Virus record (IMG/VR): IMGVR_UViG_3300031760_000034
Coordinates: 1 to 64,000 of that record
Length of the DNA: 64,000 bases
DNA from: a virus
Lineage: Duplodnaviria; Caudoviricetes
Direction: 5' to 3' (one strand)
Made by a program: the position numbers and the translations under genes. The stretch's first letter is position 1. Each line of letters begins with the position of its first letter. The notes under the pieces were generated by a model. It was not told the origin of the DNA. It was given only the letters and a program-made list of their open reading frames with translations, and searched no databases. Positions 53,200 to 64,000 of this stretch are shown here, one piece after another.

Positions 53200-55498
53200 A
53201 AGGCTTTATATATTTATACGCTGTATAAGATGTGGGAAATACAGGGGCTGTCAACGAATAATTATTGCCCCAAAACAATTCTGGGTTTTTTAGTCTAGAA
53301 TTGGCTTTGATTCCCCAATCTTTTTTCAGATTATAATTTCCAGAATACGTTGGACTTATAGAACTTGTAGTAGACTTCTTCTTAGTTTTATTAGTATCTG
53401 TAGTTTTTACCATAGACTAAATTTCATCTTTTTTTAAGTCCATATCCTACTGATACAAATTCATCATTCTATCAAATTGATTCTACTTAAACGCATTCTG
53501 CCAATAACTACCAACAGAGTCGATCATATTACGCATACCCATTTGCATACCTTGCTGTCTGGCAGCATGTGCTTTAGCATACATATCCTCATCCCATTGG
53601 TAAGCTGCCATCTAAGCTTGTCTATCAGCCTAACCTGCATTTAGTGCAGCTGTTGCATACGCAGATTTATATTGATTTCTTTGATTCTACAAACTCGCTA
53701 ACATGTTTGCAATATTCTATTGTGTATTGTGCAAAGCCGCAAGTCTGGATAATGTTCTCTGACCAGTACTAAGACCTCCAGACATATCAATAGCTTTATT
53801 ACTTCTAGCCTCTGCGTTTCTGAGTTGTGTTGTTATAGGATATGGATTTATATCCAGCGAAGCTAATGTAGTAAGAGCCTCTTGCTCATACGGGTTAGCT
53901 CTATATGAATTTGTCTTTTTTGGAGTACTATTCTTAGCTTCTAGCCACTAAGACAGTCCTCCAAGAGCACCAATTCCGGACGTTATTGCATTTCCTAACC
54001 ATCCGTTATCAAATTTTGGCAATCTTCCATTTTTTGCCGTTTCAAGTCTATTCTTTAACATTTCTCTAGTTCCTTCATAGTCTCCTGTCATAGCATAATA
54101 ATCAGAAAGACCGTCTTTATTTGTTACTACCATATCTCCAGGATTCAGATATGCGTATTCTGTATCCTTATTATTCTTTTTACCAGGAATTCTGTATGCA
54201 GATCCTGTGTTGACGTTTACTATTTCCTCACCACTTGATACTTTTGCGTTTGGTTTAATATTTATAGGTCCAAATGCACTGAATGTGGGTTTGCCTGTCT
54301 GTGAATATACAGGTAATTTTATAAACGGTGTATCAACTCCATTGTTATAGCGAGGTAATTTACCTTCTTTAGCGCCATATAAATACTAAGATTCAGAATC
54401 ACCATACTCTTTTGCGTTCTGAATTTGTATAGCTTTAGTTTGGGCGCTAAATCTAGAAGAATCCTGCAACGCATTGATTTTAGCATTTTGTTTAGCAAGC
54501 ATTTCCCTGTACCTACGTTTTCTAGATGCACCACCAAATAATCCAACTCCAAGTCCAACAATAGCTCCAATTGCAGTTCCCCATCCTGGCAATATAGCTG
54601 TACCAAGAGCAGCACCGCTACCTACGGCCTTAAGGGTATTTCCTGTATTCTCCTTCTTAACTTTGTCCAACTCGTCGCCTACATTAATCGTATTGGGAGA
54701 CTCATAACCAACCCCTCCAATAGACATGTTAGACGTACCTTGTCTATTTGCAATTTCATCCCCAGTTTCATTTACAGAGAATGAGTTGATGGCATCTCCT
54801 GCGAACTAAACGCCACTTGTTACAACACTTCCAATGCCAGACCAATTAAATCCTTTTCCACCAGCAGCCCCAGACCCGAGTCTTTTTGCACCTCCTGAAG
54901 TAGACCCTATAGAATTCTACAATATCTAATTACTTTTATTCAAATCCATAGGTTTGCCACTGCCGATTGAATTTGCAAGAGCTCCTATCTGACCAATAGC
55001 TGCGGCTCGCTATGAACCACTGCTCCAATCTATTGTTGGAGTAAACGTTGGTTGTTTGTAATTACTTCCTCCAAATCCATTCTGATCAAGTAACTACGAC
55101 CCGTTAGGAGAAGTAAGAGAGCTTTTTATTGTACTAAGTGATGTATTAAAAGACGGACTAGATGAAGATTGTATAAAGCTCGGCGCTGTAGTAAGACTGG
55201 GGCCAGAAGAAATATTAGTTACAGATGGCATGGATGTACTACCTATACTAGTTGTTTCCGGCGTTGTTACTGAGTTATTAAACTACTAATTGCCCCATCC
55301 TCCGTAGCTATCTGCTAAAGATGTATTACTAGTACTGGACGACGTTGATGACTGCTACTATCCAGGTATACCGTTCTCAAATTTTGGCAGATTGTTTATC
55401 TATTTATATCCTACAGTTTTGCTACTATCAGAAGATCCTATAGAAGAATATACACTTCCTCCAGCATTTTTAAAACTTTTTAATCCAGTTAACTCCAT
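53177..55498 (-). CDS. Gly/Ser/Gln-rich virion cargo protein, ~773 aa (TAG=Gln)
   Basis: Read through by hand with only TAG interruptions; Gly-rich hydrophobic hairpin; three LP[KR][FY]xNG repeats. Confidence 0.8.
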
Positions 55499-58400
55499 GA
55501 CATTCTATATTTAGTTACTACATATTGCAATGAGAAGTCAGTAGAGTTACTGTTAGAAGATATTTCACATTGCATTGTTTTACCTCGCATTCTATCACCA
55601 TAAGAACTATCTGCGTTCCTTGGGATATCTAAGCGGAAATCGTATTCTCTATTTGTTATTTGATTACCGTGAGCAGTACTATGTTGCTTAAGGGGGGTAT
55701 AGAAATCAAATGTTATGTTATTAAGATTATCTCCTCCGTAGAACCTACCACCAAACGTAGATATGTCAAACACCTTTGGATATTGTACATTATTGTTCAC
55801 AACATATCGTATAGAAGGAGTGGCATTTGAATCAAACAACTTAGCATTACCTGGTTGAACAACTGACATTCTGTATATATAATCCCCACTATTGTAGTAT
55901 AATCTATCATCTACTACAGCTCTGTATGTAGGATTGAACGTATATATCGATGTAAAACACTATGTTTGCTCATTATATACTATAGAACCATTGTTGACAA
56001 CACTGGCTATCATCTCGTTGAATTTATTATCGTAACTTAAGCTTGGGTGAGATACTGATGAATTGTCGTTTATATACTTTCTTACATTCTTTATCTTTGT
56101 AAGAGGCCCTAACTCCATTCCTCCAGTATATGATAATATCTCTCTATTATGGCCATCCCAGAAATATTGAGTGCTGTTGGACTATGTCTCTGCTTCATAT
56201 TGGTTCGGCAGCATTCCATATAACGTAGATATATAATCATAGCGCTGTAATACATCTCCGGTACCAAGTATAATTTGGTTGTCTGACGCATCATTTAATA
56301 CAGTACGCTCATTAATACTAAGTATACCGGTGGCATTATTCTACCAGAATAACATAGTATCTTTAAACAACCTCATATTAGTAATACACCCAAATCTACT
56401 ATCTACATCGAGGAAATCCATGGCCTTAAAATTCAGCCAATTATCTATATGTTCGCCGTTTGTTTTAGGTTGAGAATAGTGTACTCTAGTATCACAGTTT
56501 GCAGTGTCTATACTGGTATATTTTATAGCGCTGTACATCATTGCGTTTGTTGGAGCACTGTAAGCAGTATTATATAAATATGAGTCAAGATTTTGTGTAA
56601 AGCCGTTTGTTATAGCAGCCGCTTTATCTTGTATATAATATCTATACTAACTGTCTATTTTATTGTATGTGTCACCCCAAGTAGCAGAAAGATCTATATC
56701 AGATTCAACAGGTATCATATATACACCAGCCTGTCTTACTCCAGCTGGCATGTTTGGTTCATACCAAGCATGAGATGCATTGTATACAAAAAGGCCTGGA
56801 TAGCAGTCTCCGTCGAATACTTGTATAACATCACCCTCTTTAGCAATGTTACCAGCAGACATATAAGAACTGGTTTTTATACTACCTTCTCCACCATACG
56901 GAACCATTCCCTTCTTTCTAAGTCTCAACAAAGGATACGTCATAGTAGGCATTGTGGCATCAGAATTTGCTGTAAAACCTACACCACTACTAGATGTATT
57001 ATAAGCCCACGATGATATAACCATTGACTTATCGAGATGCATGATCATACACTTTCCTGTACTGCCAGTAGGATAAAACACAGGATATCTTTTTCTAATA
57101 CCTCTACTCTCTCCGCCTGTTCTAGGTGGAATAGAATCTTCGTTCTTCATATGTCCTACAGGATCTGCTACTCCTAATAATAACGGAGAACTCCAGCATG
57201 AATATGTTGTACCAGATCCAACAGGAACCACATCGTTTGCCCAGTTTGTTTTATTTTCGTCAGATCCAACAAAATTGTCAAACGCGGGTACATTAGAATA
57301 TCCTACATCTTTTATAGAAAACTTTCGATCGTCTACACTTTCTTGATTAATAAATGCAGCCAACCCTACATAAGCGGATATTGTATCTCTAGTTGCGTTT
57401 AATGATTCTTCTCCTATTAAACCAAACTGATCATTTATCAAAGGAGAATCATGTAAACTTAAATTTATCCACGCACTAGCTAATGTAAAGCACCATACAT
57501 CCTAAACGTTCTATAATGAATCTTGGTCTAGTTTATCGCTTATAAACGGAGGCATGAATTTTAAATCAATAAAAAATCCTCCATTTGTTAAGTCAGCTCC
57601 TTGTGTACCTATACTCAATGCAGCATACGGTGGTTCAACTGTAGATCCTGTAAGAGCTACCGGTTTATTATTATCTACCCAGCTTCTTACCCCGTAACGA
57701 TCACCGTTTATTACATACTTCATAGCAATGTGACTATGCATGTTGTATTTTACGTCTAAGAATAGGTTGTTTTTATCGGACTTTATTATATTCTTAATAT
57801 CGTCAGATTGATATACGTACTCCGGAGTAGAGAACATTAAGTAATCATTGTCACTTATTGCCCTATTGGACATAATCCATTCATCGTCTTCTTCAGCCTC
57901 ACTACTATCCGCATATAGCAATGTAGTAGTCATATATCCAGTTGGGCATATATATTGTGTCTTCTCGTATTCCTAATCACTAGATTGCTTCTTATGATAT
58001 ATACGATATGGGAACCCTCCGATACCTTCCGTGATAGTTATTCTATCAGATTGTGTTCTTGGTACACGAACTATTTCAACAGCCACAACACCTTCTGGTA
58101 ACGACTTTATTTTAAAGTCTATACCTATTTGGTGTGTCATATAGAAGAATGGAGACTGTACTCCAGTATAGTTTCTTTCTACTGTTGAGAATGTTGGATA
58201 TAACACACGTCCTCTAGCAAATTGATATCTGTATAAAAGACTGCTGTTTGTAGTATGTAGGACAGGACTCATAATATCGGCTATCCATTTTACAGACGAC
58301 TTATTTCCACGCTCATCATAAAATACAGCACCGTATCTATATACTTCTCCTTGTCTTAATGAACATAATTGCTCAGTAGTCTGTTGTAATTCTGTAGAAG

Positions 58401-59640
58401 AATTAAATATATACTTGCGATTTTCTCTATCTATTCCTACGGGGCGTACATTATATGTCCACTCTAGATATCTACCAGAACCTCCAAGCGTATTTGGATC
58501 TGTGGCTTGTCCAGTAGAATTACACATTAACCAATAGTCTTTATCAAAGGTTAGTATGTGTTCTGAATCTAATTGTTTATTATAGCTAAGCAACTAACCA
58601 TTCTCGTAGTCTCCAGTAGATACGCATCGTACATCAGAATCTTTTATTAATTCATCTATTTCGCTTTGTAAGTATGTTATATTTCCTGCGAATAAATAGT
58701 TGTTTTTTGATTCTATTACTTTTGGCTTGAATGCAAATTTTACAGTAGACAAGAATTCAGCAGCGTCTAAAGATTCTATATTAACTCCGGTATCTATAAA
58801 ATCACCTTCAGATATCAACGTATCGTCATATACTAAGTTTACTGCTGGCAATTGTCCAACCTGAACATAAGATATTCTGAATATCTACATCATATCTATA
58901 GAACCTTCAGGTGATTTAGGCAACACTACCCTTACTGCCTTAGAACTATGTTTGTCTGTTTCTGTATACCCTTCATTAGGAGATTTGTACAATGTAACTA
59001 CATTGCTCATAGTAGATATCTGAGTGGCAGCACCACCAAGTTTATAATATCTATACGCATATTGTACTTTTACTCCTGGTATTTGACCTGCAGTTTCTGT
59101 AAGTTGAGCTTTTGCAGGCGCCATAAATTCTTCGACAGTTATAATAATACTATCAATACCTAAAAGTGGTTCTGGAGCAGATCCTGTGAAATTGATATAT
59201 GGAGAAAGATTTATGTACATAAGTTGGTTTACTCCGTCTGCTATATACAGTTTTATGAGTTTCTCGTTCTCATATCTCGTAACCAAGCTTAAATATTCTC
59301 CAAAAATCTCATCTTTCTTTGATTCGTATGCACAAATCCAACCAGTATTACCAGTTGTTGTGTGCACATATATGTAATTTCTATTATTTTTATAGCTAAC
59401 GACGATTATATTATCTCTTATAGACGTCATAGCTTTGATAGTACCTCCAGTAAACTGGTCCCAGTTTAACTATTCTGTACCATCTGTGACTCTTAATTCG
59501 CCACTATTTTCATCTGTATTAGTAACAAGCCTTACGTTTTTAGCACTCCTATACTGACTATTATCCATCAACATGTCAGACACATCAGTATTCATGCCTT
59601 TGGTAAAAGTATTTATCTGTTGGTTATTATTAACATCCAT
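55489..59640 (-). CDS. Tail muzzle/stabilisation protein (P22 gp10-like), ~1,383 aa (TAG=Gln)
   Basis: N-terminus INTFTKGMNTD...Y..AKNVR; seven fragments in one frame; LRQGEVYRYGAVFYD. Confidence 0.85.
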
Positions 59641-60568
59641 GATAATAGTCGTTATAGGTTATTTCTTCTTTATTCAGATCTTTAAAGAACATATCATCGG
59701 CTTCATAATCTGGTATCAATCTATGCCAGTCTCTCTTTATATTCTTCATATCATCTGCAGTAGGCATCATAGCTTCTGCATACGCCTGACTTCTATAGAA
59801 GTTCCATTGTTGTTGAATATAAAAATATGTATCTCTAGAGAACTTTGCAGCATACTTAGAACTAGCTCCACTTAGCGTGCCAGACATAAACTTAGGGAAT
59901 GCGAGTTTCATTACAACATACCAATAGATTGCCTCCTAGTATGAAGTAAGGTCTGGAATTAGTGGATAGCCACGTTCGTCTGTAGCTATTGCCTTATACA
60001 CAATCTTTATAAATCCTTTATTTTTGTTTGTTACAATCCATCCAGGTTTAATGAAGTATTCAGGAGTATCATTCAATATTCCTTTTGAGACCATTCTATC
60101 TACATACTTCATTGTATTCATTGTGTACATTTGTGATTGTGACGTAATTCCTCTTTTTGGAATAGGATTTTCTAACACCACGTTTTGTTCGACCGCTTTA
60201 TTCTCAAAGTCGTGTTCTGGAACAAAGTGCTATGCAAACTATGGTCTTTGTGGCTTTTTATAAGATTTTATTAAAGATGTACTCTTCATCATTGGTATCC
60301 ACGGACCATCTTGTTTAGTAGAATATGCTAGCCCATCCAATACGACAAGGTCTGCTGGAATAGGTATTTGATTATCCTAAATTGAAAATATAGGGGTGCC
60401 ATCTACCCCAGATTCTTTACTGATATACTACATCGGCGCACCAATCTTGTCTACGGCTTCAAATATCCATTCTCTGATGTCTGAGGTCCTATGCCTTACT
60501 TCAGTAGAATCTAAATCAGCCATAATTTTAGCAATGACTGATTCACACTTTATATAATTGTATATCAT
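59630..60568 (-). CDS. Tail ring/tubular protein, 312 aa (5 TAG)
   Basis: VIAKI...EWIFEAVDKIGAPM[Q]Y and Y[Q]EAIYWYVVMKL restored by readthrough. Confidence 0.82.
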
Positions 60569-60986
60569 TTATATCCAAATAGTCTTGTTTGTTAAATATA
60601 AGTTGCGCTAGTCTACGCTTGTTCTATCTTACGAAACATAGTTGGTATTTATATCTGTCTGGGAATGTGCGAGGTATTTTAGACCAGTATAATCTATACT
60701 TATACCCATTCGAATGTTCATTCAAATGATATATTCGTTTGTCATATTCTCGACTAGCTTTATAATCTATAGATAAGGACTTGTCATTAAGCGCTTTAGG
60801 TAAGTATTTACCTACTTGTATAAAACCTAGCCCAAATGGCATTTTAAAGCCATCTGAGCTGTTTAATATAGCGTCTAGTATAATTCTGCACATTTCTTCT
60901 AATATGCGCTTATATAGCCCGTAATCTATCTTTATCGGCATTGTATTATACAGGTCCCTAAATGTTATAGATTTTTTATTCTTCAT
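60543..60986 (-). CDS. IHF/HU-like DNA-binding protein, 147 aa (1 TAG)
   Basis: FKMPFGLGFIQV; readthrough restores R[Q]NKRRLAQLI; ends at TGA 60543. Confidence 0.75.
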
Positions 60987-61710
60987 CGTCTTGTGGACCG
61001 TGTGGCTTTACACTAGCAAGCGTAGCATTATTACTATCGTCGCTAGGTCTGTTAAGCATAAATGCCAATTCGTTCTTCATTATCAATTCTTTGATTGGTG
61101 GTACCATCCACCCAGGGATCATAACATCATCTTCGTCAGGTGCATCTGGATCATCTCCATCCTCTATTTCGAATGGGATCTCTTTCAAATATAACACATA
61201 TACGTATTCCAACTGCCCTTGATCTACTAATCCCTGTACATAAATATGACCGTCATTCTTATAATGAGCAGTCATCTCTCCGAACGTATACTTTCTCCAG
61301 TAAGCATAATGTCTACGTACATGATTCATATACTGTATATTCTCACCTAACATGTCGTGTACAGCGAGAATACTACCTTCGTTGTTGTCAAGTACGTTCT
61401 CAAGCGGTTCTTCAGTACGCTTTGTATACGTAGGAACCCCATCGTCTTGAGGTTCTACTTCCACAAGCTTCAGGGGTCCTACTTCTACACGAGAGATAAA
61501 CTCATTATCTTCTGCAGTCTCATCATCCAATGCACCTTGTTTTCTAGCAAGTTTGCGCTTATCTAATTCGTCTTTCCAGATCTTTGCGCCATACTAGTTA
61601 ATCCAAGCGTGAATATGAGCCCTTGAGAAGTCTTCACTCTCGCTAATATTATTATTTCTTACCATGAGAAGAATATCATCTGTAATCGTCTTTAGTGAAA
61701 TCTTCGCCAT
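60976..61710 (-). CDS. Tail ring protein, 244 aa (1 TAG)
   Basis: MAKISLKTITDDIL...HAWIN[Q]Y; TAG at 61594-61596 falls in the WIxQY motif. Confidence 0.82.
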
Positions 61711-61711
61711 G

Positions 61712-62365
61712 TTATTTCGTTGTTACTTCAATTACTTTAACGTCATCGGTTTGTATGATGTCGTTAGTATTCTTTATTTCGTACCTAGTAGTTTTAACTT
61801 TCTTAAAATCTAAGGTAAATAGTCTCTTAAAGAAGCTTTTCTTATTCTTGTAGTGCTTTTCAGTATACACATACAAGTACTAAGTATTCTTAATATTTAA
61901 TTTTATACTAACAGTATCTTTGCTTATAGCATAATATACTGAAGTAAGATCATTGAACTGTATACTATCTTTGTATACACTATCTTTTATTGCAGTAGTT
62001 ATATCCTACTTTGTTGCTTTACTACCAATAACGTTTATACTCTAGGTTTGCGTTGCAGCTGTTTTTACATGTTTTGCCTTTATCTTCAACTTATCCCTAA
62101 CGCTATCTAACTGGTGTACGAGCTTATCATTATATTGTTGTAACTCATTTATGTCAAGCTATAGAACATTATTGGCCTACTAGGATCCCTCTAAGGAACC
62201 CTAATAGGCCTCAATGTTGTTCTAAGCCCTTTCTAGGCTTTCTGACAGCTTTTTATTCTCACAGCTAAGAGTTATACCCCAAGCCATTAAAAGTGCCACA
62301 GAGAGGCCTAAAATGGCCCGTATAAGCTTATTCTTTTGAGTCACTAGGTAACCTAGTATTCCCAT
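61712..62365 (-). CDS. Rz/i-spanin-like lysis protein, 217 aa (8 TAG), absent from the ORF track
   Basis: Hand translation from ATG 62365 to TAA 61712; N-terminal TM, coiled coil, adjacent to the holin. Confidence 0.7.
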
Positions 62366-62579
62366 TTTTCACAATCTATTTTAATTCGCTATATTTTCCG
62401 TTCCAATACATAGTAACTCCGAAGATGCTGGCCGCATAGATCAGCGTCTGAGCTACATAACCAAGCACTCCATGTGAAATATCCCCTGAATCAAAATACT
62501 GGATGAATGTAAGAACCATGCCGCTAGTAAGCGAAGCTACGGCGGTGGTGTATTGTACAATGTCTTTCCAGTTTTTCAT
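62328..62579 (-). CDS. Putative holin, 83 aa (1 TAG)
   Basis: Two TM helices; readthrough of TAG 62376 adds a polar 16-aa tail ending at TAA. Confidence 0.65.
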
Positions 62580-62581
62580 AA

Positions 62582-63340
62582 TTAATCTCCTTCATACCAT
62601 CCGGCAATGCTGTCCATGTCGATTGATACAGGAACATCATCGGTTCTGTTAAGAATCATGTTGTTTCCAACAAGAAGACCTCCGTTAACATAAACGTCAT
62701 CAAATATGATATCTTGAAGATCTTCCGCGTTAGCGGTTCCTTCTGCCGGTGATTCTACATTTGTAAACATTGTTACTCCAGTATCAATACCTTCTTCAGT
62801 AGTAGATACTAACTGAAACACGTCCGGCATGTCTACTTGTAACGTTTTCATGTTTTCCACATTGTAACCAGGAGCATATACATTGGCCACTACAACCAAT
62901 TTATATACGCCGGTTGCAAGTTGATGTTTCGCAGGGAAATAAACACTAATTAAATTCTGAGCTCCAGTAGCCTAGCATGCTGCTTTATATTGAATACAGC
63001 TAGCTATACTAGCGAGTTCTTTATTTTGCTTGTCGAAAGGTGTTACACCAAAACCACTATAAACACCACATGCGTTTACTGGGTACGCATTATATGTTGG
63101 TGTGCCACATCCACTCAAACACCACGGAGTAGTATTGTAGTCGTGTGAGAATGGCTCCCTCGGGAATCTACCTACAAATTTTGCACGCTCTTTGAGCTTT
63201 GCTTCGTACTCAGCAAGTTTAGTAGTATTTACAAGATATGCGGTGACTTGTCTTACGGCAAGTGTGTCATCTCCATTAAGAACTTGTTTACGAAGATCTA
63301 CAGCAAGACGAATGTCGTTTCCTATTCTAATTTTCTTCAT
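62582..63340 (-). CDS. Virion-associated hypothetical protein, 252 aa (1 TAG)
   Basis: MKKIRIGNDI start; two track fragments joined in frame across TAG 62972. Confidence 0.75.
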
Positions 63341-63355
63341 AATGCTGTATTTATG

Positions 63356-63392
63356 AAAAAAGCTAGAGACGGGCAGAAGCCCTACCCTAGCT
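63356..63392 (-). terminator. Intrinsic terminator after the capsid-associated gene
   Basis: AGCTAG..GGGC-TTCT-GCCC..CTAGCT followed by a T run on the - strand. Confidence 0.7.
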
Positions 63393-63406
63393 AAATTCAA
63401 TTAATA

Positions 63407-64000
63407 TTAAGGATTAGATGGTGTGTTAGAGCCTGAGCTAGGAACAACACCATTTGCGAATGCGTCGAGAACAGCCTCGAGAGCAGCGGTCTTTACGGCA
63501 TAAACCTCCAGAACCTGCTTGGTCTTACGCTGAATATCATCAGCAGCACGATACATGTTCTCGAACTCGAGAGTCAGAGCATTGTACTCCTTATCGAGCT
63601 GAGTCTCCATGTCAGGCTTAATGATAGGCCATGTGCCCTCGCCGCGATTCAGGATACCCAGGTAACCCATAGCCCATGCCTCACGGTCACGAACCAGCTT
63701 AGCAGAAGCAGCATAAGCTTTACCAGGAGTCTTAGTGATTACAACACCTGCAGGGAAGTTCTTGTTCTTAGAAGCCCAACCATCAGCGTGAGGATCAGTC
63801 CAGTAGATGTTAGCGTTGAAACGAACCTTGTTGGCTACATTCAGCGTATCTACTGCGTCGTCATCGTCATAAGGAAGTGCTACGAGAGTCAGTACACCGT
63901 TAGAAGCAGAAGCCTGTACGCGAGCGCGCTTCCACTCCTTGTTAATCATGTTAGCGAAACCAGCTGCCATTGTCTCAGCAGTCTCACCATCATGAGTTGT
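63407..64000 (-). CDS. Auxiliary capsid protein (5'-truncated by the window edge)
   Basis: Frame open to 64000, highly biased codons, no TAG; position upstream of ring genes fits the crAss capsid block. Confidence 0.65.
   Translation of the reverse strand, partial: TTHDGETAETMAAGFANMINKEWKRARVQASASNGVLTLVALPYDDDDAVDTLNVANKVRFNANIYWTDPHADGWASKNKNFPAGVVITKTPGKAYAASAKLVRDREAWAMGYLGILNRGEGTWPIIKPDMETQLDKEYNALTLEFENMYRAADDIQRKTKQVLEVYAVKTAALEAVLDAFANGVVPSSGSNTPSNP

Noticed and set aside
30044-62365. Pseudogenised or frameshifted late genes; prophage decay
   Set aside because: The fragments stay in frame and break only at TAG, which decay or sequencing error would not produce.

Overview
This window is a 64 kb segment of a crAss-like (Crassvirales) bacteriophage genome. 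The family is probably Suoliviridae/delta-like and the host Bacteroidales; both are inference. It has two convergent halves that meet at a bidirectional terminator near 29,990. The + strand (1-29,987) carries small early genes, an ECF sigma factor, a tmRNA/tRNA cluster, several long structured non-coding tracts, and a replication module (PolB, DnaB-like helicase, Sak4-like ATPase, SSB, primase, PD-(D/E)xK nucleases). The - strand (30,044-64,000) carries late/virion genes, which the supplied ORF track breaks into fragments because TAG is read as a sense codon (Gln). Every fragment end I checked is TAG and the fragments share reading frames. Joined, they give a ~5,285-aa virion RNA polymerase polyprotein (DFDID), a ~1,881-aa ejection protein, two cargo proteins, a muzzle/tail-stabilisation protein, two ring proteins, an IHF/HU-like protein, a spanin-like gene hidden by 8 TAGs, a holin and an auxiliary capsid protein. 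The most unusual signals are: (1) a circularly permuted two-piece tmRNA with tag GNYNIADYTGLKEAA; (2) five promoter-gene-terminator cassettes at the left end built on covarying triloop DNA hairpins, resembling N4-type hairpin promoters; (3) five tRNA-shaped elements with intact T/acceptor arms but remodelled anticodon arms; (4) a perfect type III hammerhead ribozyme; (5) a 2.27 kb tract with no long ORF and dense hairpins; and (6) a three-tier TAG usage gradient (stop / avoided / Gln). All folds and translations were done by eye and no database searches were run.
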